DNA of 64,000 nucleotides, taken from the IMG/VR virus record IMGVR_UViG_3300047673_000352, one strand, 5' to 3'. Below the pieces are notes generated by a model, which did not search any database, was not told where the DNA came from, and saw only the letters and a program-made list of their open reading frames with translations. Below are positions 38,743-47,348 of the stretch, in pieces (the first letter of the stretch is position 1; every line of letters begins with the position of its first letter). Origin of the DNA: an uncultured virus (IMG/VR IMGVR_UViG_3300047673_000352) (lineage: Duplodnaviria; Heunggongvirae; Uroviricota; Caudoviricetes). The translations under genes and the position numbers were made by a program.

Positions 38743-38954
38743 TCATCACCGTCCCAGGCCCGCACCTGCAGCCGGGTGACCGTCTGCGCAACGGAAAGAC
38801 GGTCGCTTTCCGGCTCGCGCTCGACGCCTCGCAAACTCCCGGTTTGATGGCTCGCCTGAAGTGTCGCGAGTTCGCTGCTATCGGCTTCGAAGGCGAACCC
38901 TTGCCCGTCCTCTTCACGGACCAAATTTCATTCATGGTGGATCGTCGTGGATAA
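38739..38954 (+). CDS. Hypothetical protein
   Basis: GGAGG RBS; ATGA overlap. Confidence 0.55.
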   Translation: MIITVPGPHLQPGDRLRNGKTVAFRLALDASQTPGLMARLKCREFAAIGFEGEPLPVLFTDQISFMVDRRG

Positions 38955-39276
38955 CCTTTCAATCAACCTATCGCGCAATTGCGTTGATGCCGCTGACCTT
39001 CTATCTCTGCAAGGTTCTGTATCGCCAGAAGTGAGGCAGCTTGTCGTCAGCGTCCTTCGAACTGTATCCTTCCACCTGAAGCGAATGGACGCGGCAACGC
39101 AACCGGTGCAGGCGCAATTGGCGCTGACGGACGAGCAGCGCAAGTCGGTATGGTGGGCAGTCTTGGAGGCTGAGAAGAATGAACCGGAGCCAGGATCGTT
39201 GATGCACCGACGAGCCAGCGACCTTCGCGCCATTCTCGCCGCGCAACCGGGCGATCAAGAGGGCAAGAATGTCTGA
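38947..39276 (+). CDS. Hypothetical protein
   Basis: Operon packing. Confidence 0.5.
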   Translation: MDNLSINLSRNCVDAADLLSLQGSVSPEVRQLVVSVLRTVSFHLKRMDAATQPVQAQLALTDEQRKSVWWAVLEAEKNEPEPGSLMHRRASDLRAILAAQPGDQEGKNV

Positions 39277-39604
39277 GTTCCTTATCCCACAGCGTCGCGG
39301 CTTCCAGATCGCGCTACAGCACCACGCTGAAGGCTTGACGTTCGAACAGATCGGAGTCCTTCACAAAATCTCGATGCAGCGCGCGTATCAGATTTATCGG
39401 CAGGCGCTGACGACTCTTGGACTCTTCCATCAGAAGCCGGGTAAAATCACCGCTGAAGAGATTGGCTTGGCCATTCAACGCAGAGCAGCATCGTTTGCGG
39501 CGCGTGAATCCGGCGAGTATGCCGGAACACCTTTGTGGTTCCAGGATGTACTGGCATTCGAGCGTCAGCGCGACTGGGACAACTACCGATATGAGGGATT
39601 GTGA
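39269..39604 (+). CDS. Sigma70 region 4-like helix-turn-helix protein
   Basis: EGLTFEQIGVLHKISMQRAYQIYRQALTTL matches the T..E+G.....+.+R..QI...AL..L pattern. Confidence 0.65.
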   Translation: MSEFLIPQRRGFQIALQHHAEGLTFEQIGVLHKISMQRAYQIYRQALTTLGLFHQKPGKITAEEIGLAIQRRAASFAARESGEYAGTPLWFQDVLAFERQRDWDNYRYEGL

Positions 39605-40047
39605 TGAGGAAGACTGACTACACGCCTGAGCAGTTGTGCGGTGACGCCGCCAATGGGGCGATTGGGGAGCGGGAAGCGTTTGAGTCGTGGGCTAAAGGCC
39701 GGTATTCAACCCGCCATATCGGCACGTATATGGATCGCACAGCGGACGCTTACGAGTACACAAAGTTGGCCACTGCAGCGCTGGACGGATGGAAAGCCCG
39801 CGCCTCACTCGTGCGATCCACCGAAACACAAGACGACGAAGCAAAGTTCCAAGCCCTTCTCACCGAAGCCCGCCAGTACAAGTTCCGCGATTCGACATAT
39901 GACGCGCTCGACGTTCTGGACGCCGCGCTCTTCAGCGGTGACGAGTTCCTGACGCCTCTCGCGCGGACGGCGCTGCGCTATTACATGGCGCGCTTCGAGC
40001 GGAAGTTGAAGGAGTTTGATGAAACCGATCTGGGTGAAGAGTCATGA
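39601..40047 (+). CDS. Hypothetical protein
   Basis: EREAFE.W...W.ARA motif common in phage accessory proteins. Confidence 0.6.
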   Translation: MMRKTDYTPEQLCGDAANGAIGEREAFESWAKGRYSTRHIGTYMDRTADAYEYTKLATAALDGWKARASLVRSTETQDDEAKFQALLTEARQYKFRDSTYDALDVLDAALFSGDEFLTPLARTALRYYMARFERKLKEFDETDLGEES

Positions 40048-40346
40048 GAAAGACTGACTATACGCTGACCAAGTTCTGCGTTGACTGTTCAAACTTCCGT
40101 GACAGCAGTCCTGCTGGCGTTGGCATGTGCGTCAGAGGCACGAAGCGCGTTGAGTTCGTTGATCCTGTACGCGGTAAGTCCGTAGGCTATGAACATAGCT
40201 TCGTAGGCGTCGCGCTGGATGAGCGGACGACCGGTGGCTGCGGCATGGACGGGAAGCTGTTTTCGTCGCGCCCTTCGACCGTGATCGAGTCGCGTTCAAT
40301 AGGGATGTCGATCATTCGCCTGCTGCGAAAGTGGAGAGGGAAATGA
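40044..40346 (+). CDS. Cys-containing hypothetical protein
   Basis: FCVDC...C...ER....CG.DGKLF. Confidence 0.6.
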   Translation: MRKTDYTLTKFCVDCSNFRDSSPAGVGMCVRGTKRVEFVDPVRGKSVGYEHSFVGVALDERTTGGCGMDGKLFSSRPSTVIESRSIGMSIIRLLRKWRGK

Positions 40347-40648
40347 ACGAATGGCAACCCGGCGCACGCGCGGCGATCATCGTCACCGAATGGCCGCGCA
40401 ACATGTTCAGAGTCGTTGAGCTTCATAGTCCTCTGGCTGTCCACATGGGCAACGGATGGATTGTGACCGATCCGCTTGGCGGGACATTCGACGGCTATCA
40501 GGTCTACTCGCACGACAACACCAAGACCAACGGCCAGATGATCGTGCGCCCGGTGCTGGGCATAGCTCAATGGAAGCTTCGCCTGGTGAACGGCGATGAC
40601 CGCGTCAGAGAGTTCCTTGGTTCGCTGTACTTAGAGATGGAGATTTGA
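40343..40648 (+). CDS. Hypothetical protein
   Basis: ATGA coupling. Confidence 0.55.
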   Translation: MNEWQPGARAAIIVTEWPRNMFRVVELHSPLAVHMGNGWIVTDPLGGTFDGYQVYSHDNTKTNGQMIVRPVLGIAQWKLRLVNGDDRVREFLGSLYLEMEI

Positions 40649-40649
40649 G

Positions 40650-41021
40650 ATGCCTGACGCAACAGCGGACGCCTTAAAGTTCAAGCTCGACTCGACTGAG
40701 ATGCTGGCGAGCATCAAGCGCAAAGAGCCACGGCTGACCGAAGAAGAGGCACGCGCCCTTCTCACGATGGTCTACTGGCAAACGACACAGGAGTTTGCCA
40801 AGCAGGTGGCGATGCTGGAGCGTGAGAAGGAAGCTTTGCTGCTCTCCGTCCAGGCTAAGGATTTGATCTTGGGCAATAGCATTAGCCGTCCGAAAGATCA
40901 TGAGATTCGAGACATCGTCAATTGCCTAACGGTCACTGCGCGAGAGTATAGTGCTACTCAGCAACTGCGCGACCGTATTGCGCAGATCATCGTGCCGGTT
41001 TTGAAAGGGAGTTCGTCGTGA
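40650..41021 (+). CDS. Hypothetical protein
   Basis: GGAG RBS; TQQLRDRI motif. Confidence 0.6.
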   Translation: MPDATADALKFKLDSTEMLASIKRKEPRLTEEEARALLTMVYWQTTQEFAKQVAMLEREKEALLLSVQAKDLILGNSISRPKDHEIRDIVNCLTVTAREYSATQQLRDRIAQIIVPVLKGSSS

Positions 41022-41227
41022 AAGTGTTTACCTGCAAAGGCTTCAGAGGCCACAACCCGGTGGGCACCGCTGCTGTGGTCGTCGCTCAGAGTGCAGAGGA
41101 AGCCGCGCTGCTGCTCACCGGCCACCTGCATGCCATCGGATTGCCTCAGACCATCGAAGCATCGCGCATGGAAGAAGTCAAGACAGACTCGTTGCACGTC
41201 CGCGTGCTTTGTGACGGAGATTATTGA
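41018..41227 (+). CDS. Hypothetical protein
   Basis: GTGA coupling; similar to the C-terminal half of the next gene. Confidence 0.6.
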   Translation: MKVFTCKGFRGHNPVGTAAVVVAQSAEEAALLLTGHLHAIGLPQTIEASRMEEVKTDSLHVRVLCDGDY

Positions 41228-41667
41228 TGAAGATCACACTCGAAATAGACATGGAAGACGGCGTGCCGGCAGAGGCAATCTCTGGGCGCTTCTCGAATGT
41301 CGCGAGCTACGTCGCTGGATACATCAGCACGTGTCACGTCAAGGCTGGGCGTATCGAAGTCCACGAGACTGTCTTGTTCGGCTCAGTCTTCCGCGTCGCC
41401 ACCAACGTCAAGATCACGATTGACCGGAGCGAGCCTGTTCCAGAGCGACAGCCACTCAAGGTCTTTGCGTCGCACGCCTTCACCGGTCGCTGCATGTCGC
41501 TTGGTGCATATGGCGTTGTAATCGCGGAGAGCCGTTCGCACGCCGCGCACCTGATGACTCTGCAGATCATAGCAGAAGGCCTGCCAGAGCAAATGCCTTT
41601 GTCACACGATGATATGATCGAAGTCGATCTGTCCGTGCCCAAAGCGTACATCGTCAAGGACGAGTGA
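41224..41667 (+). CDS. Hypothetical two-domain protein
   Basis: Coupled ORF. Confidence 0.6.
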   Translation: MMKITLEIDMEDGVPAEAISGRFSNVASYVAGYISTCHVKAGRIEVHETVLFGSVFRVATNVKITIDRSEPVPERQPLKVFASHAFTGRCMSLGAYGVVIAESRSHAAHLMTLQIIAEGLPEQMPLSHDDMIEVDLSVPKAYIVKDE

Positions 41668-41855
41668 TGACCCACTTCATTCTCATTGCCATCTTCTTCA
41701 GCGGCGCTGGAGTCGGTCGCGCCGACAACGCGCGTGTCGATCACATCGAGTTCAACACCAAGCAGGCGTGCGAAGTCGCTGCAGCCGTGGTCAACCAACA
41801 TATGACGAAGATGCACCGCAACCAGACTGAGTTGGTCTGCGTGCCGACTTCGTAA
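41664..41855 (+). CDS. Small secreted or membrane protein
   Basis: Hydrophobic N-terminus; EF.T...CE.A...CVP. Confidence 0.6.
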   Translation: MMTHFILIAIFFSGAGVGRADNARVDHIEFNTKQACEVAAAVVNQHMTKMHRNQTELVCVPTS

Positions 41856-41870
41856 ACAGGAGCTTCTGAG

Positions 41871-42131
41871 ATGGACCAACGAATAGTGTGCGCCGCGAAT
41901 CGCAAGAGGTTCACCGGCCAAGTCGTTCTGGGCATACGCCACTGGGACGCGTTCATGGACCATATGGACTCCGAAGGTGATCCAGTGGACCAGGGCTTCA
42001 TCGACAACCGTGGCAATTTCCTCTCGCGCACCGAAGCGTGGAAGGTGGCCTTGGCCGCTGGTCAGATCATCCGTCGCTGCGGTGGCGATGAAACGAATGG
42101 CGGTACGCTCTACTCAGAGAACCTGTACTGA
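41871..42131 (+). CDS. Conserved phage protein
   Basis: RIVCAA...G.RH.D...QGFID..G.FL.R.EA...LYSE.LY. Confidence 0.7.
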   Translation: MDQRIVCAANRKRFTGQVVLGIRHWDAFMDHMDSEGDPVDQGFIDNRGNFLSRTEAWKVALAAGQIIRRCGGDETNGGTLYSENLY

Positions 42132-42132
42132 C

Positions 42133-42375
42133 ATGATGCACCAGCCAGCGAACCTTGAGTCAATCGGCGCGCGAGTTAGGCGTGTCCGACTGGCCAAGGG
42201 CATCGGCCTTCGAGAGCTTGCCTTGAAGATTCACACGAGCACAGCCGTCATCTGGGCGCTGGAGACCGGCAAGCGCTCGACCAACATGTTCACGTTGATC
42301 GACGTGGCGAAGGCGCTGGGCGTTTCGATTGACTACCTGGCGTATGGTTCGAACTACGGAGTGTTCAATAAATGA
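42133..42375 (+). CDS. XRE/Cro-family helix-turn-helix regulator
   Basis: IGARVRRVR..KG....ELA.........LE.G......TL..VAKALGVSIDYL. Confidence 0.85.
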   Translation: MMHQPANLESIGARVRRVRLAKGIGLRELALKIHTSTAVIWALETGKRSTNMFTLIDVAKALGVSIDYLAYGSNYGVFNK

Positions 42376-42587
42376 TCAAGTCAAAGAAAGGCCGGTATAA
42401 ATACCAGTTCCAATACTCCTTTGACAATCTGTCGTACAAAGTTACAGTCACCGGTAATGATCAGCGACAAGCGCGAATACGTGCCAAAGAAGAGGTTGAT
42501 AGGCGTTGGCGCAAGTCTGGTCGATCTTCACCGACTGGCTGGGATATGACGGTGTTGCAAACGGACGATCCTGCATGGAGTTCCTAA
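42372..42587 (+). CDS. Hypothetical protein
   Basis: Last ORF before the convergent hairpin. Confidence 0.55.
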   Translation: MIKSKKGRYKYQFQYSFDNLSYKVTVTGNDQRQARIRAKEEVDRRWRKSGRSSPTGWDMTVLQTDDPAWSS

Positions 42588-42591
42588 AAAG

Positions 42592-42628
42592 AGAAGGCCC
42601 AAGAGAACTAGTGTTCCTTGGGCCTTCT
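42592..42628. terminator. Probable bidirectional terminator
   Basis: AGAAGGCCCAAG...CTTGGGCCTTCT 12-bp stem plus inner GAAC/GTTC, between convergent genes. Confidence 0.75.
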
Positions 42629-42711
42629 TCGTTTGGTATGGGCAACGTTAAGTATTTCCGAAATCAGCCCAACCTCGCCACATTTCCTTGTGTGCAAATA
42701 GCACGAACGGA

Positions 42712-43380
42712 TTACTTCTGTGCCGTTAAGAACTCTTCCGACTCCTTGGAGCCAGGTTCGGGGTGACGGCCAGTCAGATTCGGCTTGGCGTTCGGCGTAG
42801 GCTGGTTGGTATCCTCATAGAACTCCTTCAGCGACCGGCCTGCGCGCGTCCTGCCAGAGTCGTCAATCACCGTGATGCCGAACAGCACGTTGAGTTCCTT
42901 CATCGCGCTGAGCTTCGTGGAGCACTTGGTGAACGGGTTGTTCATCAGGCTTACAAGCTCATAAACGGCCAGCTTCGGACCATACATCTCTTCGAGCTTC
43001 ACCACGCCGAACTTCTGCGCGAAGACCTTCCGATACACCATGTTGTGTTCGAGCGCTTCGATGCGCGCGTACAGGTGCAGGTCTGCGTAGTCAGTGCCGA
43101 AGACGCGGGTGAATGCGCGCTCTGCGTTCCAGCCAATCACGCGATAGTCTGCGTAGTCGCTCACCAGCTTAATGTTTAGCTCAGCGAAGCGTTCGGACCT
43201 GAACTGCAACGGCGACATTACGTTGGTCGTCGTGATGTCGCGTGGCGGTTGGCCGTCCTTGTCCTCATCCGCAAAGTCTTTGGCGGACTGGCTGATGTCA
43301 TCGCCTTCGTTGTCCCATGGGCTTTGGCTCTGCTGCTCCTTGGGGCGCGGGCGATTGTTCGGGTTACGTTGGCGTGGCAT
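42712..43380 (-). CDS. terS: Terminase small subunit (E217/PB1 type)
   Basis: ARI.A.E.N..YRK.F...LSA.KELNVL..IT..D.SG.TR.GR.L..FY resembles E217 TerS as recalled; same position downstream of the primase-helicase. Confidence 0.75.
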   Translation of the reverse strand: MPRQRNPNNRPRPKEQQSQSPWDNEGDDISQSAKDFADEDKDGQPPRDITTTNVMSPLQFRSERFAELNIKLVSDYADYRVIGWNAERAFTRVFGTDYADLHLYARIEALEHNMVYRKVFAQKFGVVKLEEMYGPKLAVYELVSLMNNPFTKCSTKLSAMKELNVLFGITVIDDSGRTRAGRSLKEFYEDTNQPTPNAKPNLTGRHPEPGSKESEEFLTAQK

Positions 43381-43412
43381 GATGCTATCCGGAGAGTGAT
43401 CTGTTGTTCGCG

Positions 43413-43432
43413 ATTGTACTGGCGTGATGTGT
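43413..43432 (-). promoter_or_regulatory. Putative late promoter ACAC-N10-TACAAT for terS
   Basis: Shared motif and spacing. Confidence 0.55.
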
Positions 43433-43742
43433 TTGTGTGTGGCTCAGCGCGAACTGTGCGAGAGGTTTGCCGCGCTCTTCGGTTTGGGCCTTGTTGCTTG
43501 CGTGTCGCCGCGTGTGCTGTGATGTTCCGGTGCGATGATATTGCCGCGTGCTTGGCTGAGGATGAGAGCGCGGTCTTGGCGCAATGCGACATGCCGCAAG
43601 GTGAACTGCCCATCGCCTGCTGGCGTACGCAAATAGCGCTGGCCGCGTGTTCACGTCAAGTGTTGGACACGCAGATTGGCCAAATAAAAAGTCACCGCGA
43701 GGGCAATCGACCGCAAACCCAGAGCGGACGCAGGTTAGTGGG

Positions 43743-43800
43743 ATATTACTTTATATATACCAATATATATTAATTAATAGGTATATATATAGGGTAGTAA
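43743..43800. repeat. AT-rich inverted repeat in a 660-bp non-coding gap
   Basis: TATATATACC (43752-43761) / GGTATATATA (43780-43789) around an all-AT spacer. Confidence 0.7.
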
Positions 43801-44039
43801 TGGTGCCGGTAGAGTTTCTATCGCCCAAGAATCAACTCACCACATGCGGCGCACCTTTGCGATGAACCAAGATTGGGTAAGTTGCCCAACCGTACACAAA
43901 ATCGACCCTCTTGACGCGCGGCCAGTTTTATAGTAGGCCAAAGAATCAATGTCCACTAGCCCAGAACGATCACCCTTGCTCCAAGCTTTAAAATGAATAA
44001 GCCCGCAAACAGCGGGCCTTGAAGGGCTTTCAAATGACT

Positions 44040-45629
44040 TCAGAACTGCTCGTGGACGGGCTTGCCTTCTTCTCTGTTGCCTTCCTCGCCGTCATCCTTG
44101 TAATCCATTTCGCCAAGCCTCTTGTTGAAGTCTGCAATACTCTCAAACTTCGGGAACAAATAGCCCGTATAGCCGCCAGAGAACACGTGTTCAACCGCGC
44201 CCAACGAGTACATCTTGTTCCGCAGATGCTTCCAGTTAGGTCGGACGTGCTTGAGGTTGTCCATAAAGAAGCGCTTGAACTCGCCTGTGCGAACTCCAAC
44301 GCACTTTTTGTCCTCTCCCTGCTTCTGCCATTCGCACTTCGGCCCTTCCTTCAGCATCGGAACTAGATAGACCTCAAACACATCATCGCCAATCGTTCCG
44401 CTGTCGCGTTCCATCTCGGCATTCGAGAAGTCCTTGACCGCCTTAATGACCTCGACCACAAAGTGCTCATAAGCGCCCAGCCCATTCTCGTCAAACCAGT
44501 GCGCGGCTTCGGCCATTAGCTGCCAAACCTCATCTTCGAAGGACTCCCAATCACTGTCGCTTACAGCAAAGTCGGAGCGCCAAGCCGGTTTCCCCAGCTT
44601 ATCAGGAAGCTGGCCGCAGAACATCGGATAGAAGCGCCGGTTGCCGGAGTCGTCCCGCTGCATGCCCTCGTACCTGTTACCGTCCATCACGGTAATCCAC
44701 TGGCGCATCTGGTTGAACGTGCCTTCGAACTTGTAGTGCATCTGATCGCCAGGACGCGTGATGAAGTCCTTGATCTTGTTCAAGTCGCCGCGCGTGAAGC
44801 CGGTCATTTCGCCGACCGAAGCAATAACCGACTGGCCTGTGATGTTGCGCAGGAACTCCAGCTTGTCGCCGTCCAGATTCAGCTGCACCGAGTCTGCATC
44901 TTCGTTGCCGGTGATGATCTTGCAGATGGCCTTCGAGAAGCGCGACTTGCCGCAACCTTGCGCGCCGAACAGCGACAGAACGATTGGCGCGAGCGATCCA
45001 GGCATCATGACGCGCGAATATAGGGACAGCCAAAAGTACTGTCCAAAGTCGCGGTTCAATTCTGTGTCGCGACAATCGAACATTTCAATCAGCTTCGTCC
45101 GCATCCGCTCCTTGCCATCCCACTCTGGAATGCGTGCCTCCACGTGATTGATCAGGTCATTGCGCTCGTTCATCATGGCCCACTCTTTAACAGCCTCACG
45201 CGCGCCCTTAGCCGATACGCCCTTCAGACCAGCGGCAGAGAATGCCTCTACCCAGCGCACGACCGGGTACTGGTCATCAATCACGCGCCCTTCGTGGTCC
45301 ACGATTCGACCGCGAAAGTGATCGCGATGAGGCGTGTTATCGCCGCCGTCACCGAACAGGGCCTGCAGGACCGTCCATTTATTCTCGTCGGTCATCTGTG
45401 GCTGCGACACGAACATATCGCCAACGCGCACCTTCTTGACGTCCGGATAGTCGATCATCCCTGCCGTGAAGAGAGCGCGCGCCCGCTTCACGATATCAAT
45501 TTCCTTCCGTAGCTCCTTAGCCGTTGCTTCAGCCTCTTCGGCCTCAATTACTTTAGCAGCGCGCAGCTGCTCGACTTCCTTTTCTGCGCGCTGCGACTCT
45601 TCGCCTTTGCTCGTTGGCCACTTTGCCAT
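44040..45629 (-). CDS. VapE/VirE-like P-loop replicative helicase
   Basis: WDG..R, Walker A GAQGCGKS, IKDFIT, D.SGNRRFYP. Confidence 0.85.
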   Translation of the reverse strand: MAKWPTSKGEESQRAEKEVEQLRAAKVIEAEEAEATAKELRKEIDIVKRARALFTAGMIDYPDVKKVRVGDMFVSQPQMTDENKWTVLQALFGDGGDNTPHRDHFRGRIVDHEGRVIDDQYPVVRWVEAFSAAGLKGVSAKGAREAVKEWAMMNERNDLINHVEARIPEWDGKERMRTKLIEMFDCRDTELNRDFGQYFWLSLYSRVMMPGSLAPIVLSLFGAQGCGKSRFSKAICKIITGNEDADSVQLNLDGDKLEFLRNITGQSVIASVGEMTGFTRGDLNKIKDFITRPGDQMHYKFEGTFNQMRQWITVMDGNRYEGMQRDDSGNRRFYPMFCGQLPDKLGKPAWRSDFAVSDSDWESFEDEVWQLMAEAAHWFDENGLGAYEHFVVEVIKAVKDFSNAEMERDSGTIGDDVFEVYLVPMLKEGPKCEWQKQGEDKKCVGVRTGEFKRFFMDNLKHVRPNWKHLRNKMYSLGAVEHVFSGGYTGYLFPKFESIADFNKRLGEMDYKDDGEEGNREEGKPVHEQF

Positions 45630-45635
45630 TTGTCG

Positions 45636-45944
45636 TTAGTTCCTGGTGGCGCTAAAATTGACCTTCGTGAAGTAGTTCTCCACCCATGCGGTTGCGGGCT
45701 GAGACTTCACTCCGTACTCCTTTACTTCTTCCTTCGTCGGCAGAAGCACGGACGGCTGTACGCGCGACTTCGCCGGTGCCATAATCTCGACTTCGATCAG
45801 CGCGCCCGGTGCGCAATACGGCTCCCACCTATCCATCGCTTCCTGGAACGCTAGGCAAAGGTCTTTCGCCTTCACCGTGTCCACGATCCTGCCGTCCTTC
45901 TTGACTACGAATTGCTTCAGCTTTGCTTCGTTGTTCTTTGCCAT
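45636..45944 (-). CDS. Hypothetical protein
   Basis: Between primase and helicase genes. Confidence 0.55.
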   Translation of the reverse strand: MAKNNEAKLKQFVVKKDGRIVDTVKAKDLCLAFQEAMDRWEPYCAPGALIEVEIMAPAKSRVQPSVLLPTKEEVKEYGVKSQPATAWVENYFTKVNFSATRN

Positions 45945-45956
45945 GATCGGTCTCAC

Positions 45957-47081
45957 TCACGCTTCGTAATATTCGTTGAACCACTCGTTGTCGCGGTTGG
46001 CTTCTTCCAATTGATCCGCGATGTGCTCGATGACGATATGATCAACGAACACGGACCACGTACGCTTGTTGTCCTTGCGGCAGGTGTCGTGCCCGCACCC
46101 AAACACATACTCGTATTCAGCGCCAGGGATTGAGCCACGGAAATACGCCCCATACGGGTCGCCGTTCGTATGCTCGTTTCCCCACGGGCAGGCTATACGA
46201 TACTTCCCACTCATGTTTTGCGATACTTCACCGCCGCTGCCCTCGCCCATCTTTGCGCGTGAAGTGATCCTTATCGCCATGTCGAGCCAGATCGCATCGA
46301 ACTTGCGTTCGTAGTTCATCGACTCCAATTCAGCCGGGTCTAGTTTCCGCTCGACTGGCACCACGATAGGAAAACCGAACGCAGATGCGATGCGATCCAT
46401 GCTGTATCGGCGGCTGTAGTCAGCCCGAACCAGTCCGACACTGAAACACCTGCTCTTATTGCTTCCCACGCTGGCAAGGTCAGGATACTTGAACTGGCCA
46501 TCTTTGCCACGTTTGTTATTGACGCCTGCAGGCATCCGTCCGTACCGGCTAATATCCCGTATGGTGCCGTCGCCGCCCTTGTCCACGAGTACGTGTTCAA
46601 CGAAGCCCAGCAAGAAAGCCTTGAACCGTTTGCGATCTGGCGTTGGGTTGTCGAGAAAGTACCACAGCTGGTGATTGCCGGGTGATGTCTCCACGATAGC
46701 GGTTGGCTCCAGGACGCCGCATACTGTTTCAAGGTCCAATCCGCCTTTGCTTCCCTTTCCGGTTCCAATGTCGTCCACCATGAGAGCAAGTCCGTGCCCA
46801 AATGAAGCCTCGCCGCGCCAGTAACGCAGAGCGCCCGTTTTGGGATTTGGAGTCTTGATGGATGAAGAGATACAGACATAGCAATTCTCGTCCATGGGGA
46901 TTTGACGGCCAGCTTTGTACGGTGTGGGCCACCAGCCAGCGTTGAGTTTCTTTCCGGACGCGTCTGTTTGAACGGTTGCTTCATCAGCATAACCGGCCAT
47001 TACTCGTTCGTCGTCGGGAAGGCCCTTGCCGAGTTCCGCAAGGAAGAGTTCGCACGCCTCAAGGCGTTGTCGTTGATTCAC
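45957..47081 (-). CDS. RepB-like (AEP superfamily) DNA primase
   Basis: LMVDDIG, PTAIVETSPGNHQLWY, R.GRMPAG.N.K; C-terminal CPW..EHT...C.H..C Zn site. Confidence 0.8.
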   Translation of the reverse strand: MNQRQRLEACELFLAELGKGLPDDERVMAGYADEATVQTDASGKKLNAGWWPTPYKAGRQIPMDENCYVCISSSIKTPNPKTGALRYWRGEASFGHGLALMVDDIGTGKGSKGGLDLETVCGVLEPTAIVETSPGNHQLWYFLDNPTPDRKRFKAFLLGFVEHVLVDKGGDGTIRDISRYGRMPAGVNNKRGKDGQFKYPDLASVGSNKSRCFSVGLVRADYSRRYSMDRIASAFGFPIVVPVERKLDPAELESMNYERKFDAIWLDMAIRITSRAKMGEGSGGEVSQNMSGKYRIACPWGNEHTNGDPYGAYFRGSIPGAEYEYVFGCGHDTCRKDNKRTWSVFVDHIVIEHIADQLEEANRDNEWFNEYYEA

Positions 47082-47348
47082 AGCTGTCTGCCTCGTTACT
47101 ATATTGTTGCAGGTCGTTATTACCGCTCAACCTGGAAAGCGGGCCGGTCTAAATTTCTTAGATCGGATTATAGGACCGCCTGAGTGGTACAATAATACAA
47201 CTTTCCAACTATTATTTACCGCGTATTAAATAGGAGAAAGGCGTTCTTTCTGACGCTTAAACTTCCACCGCTCAGCGATATACTCAACTCGCTCGCTCAT
47301 GTGAACGGGTCCGGACATACAGCCGGTGAACAAGTGAAAGGAAGAAGT

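Noticed and set aside
43218..43865. ORFs in the gap upstream of terS
   Set aside because: Low-complexity translations without RBS on both strands; treated as non-coding.
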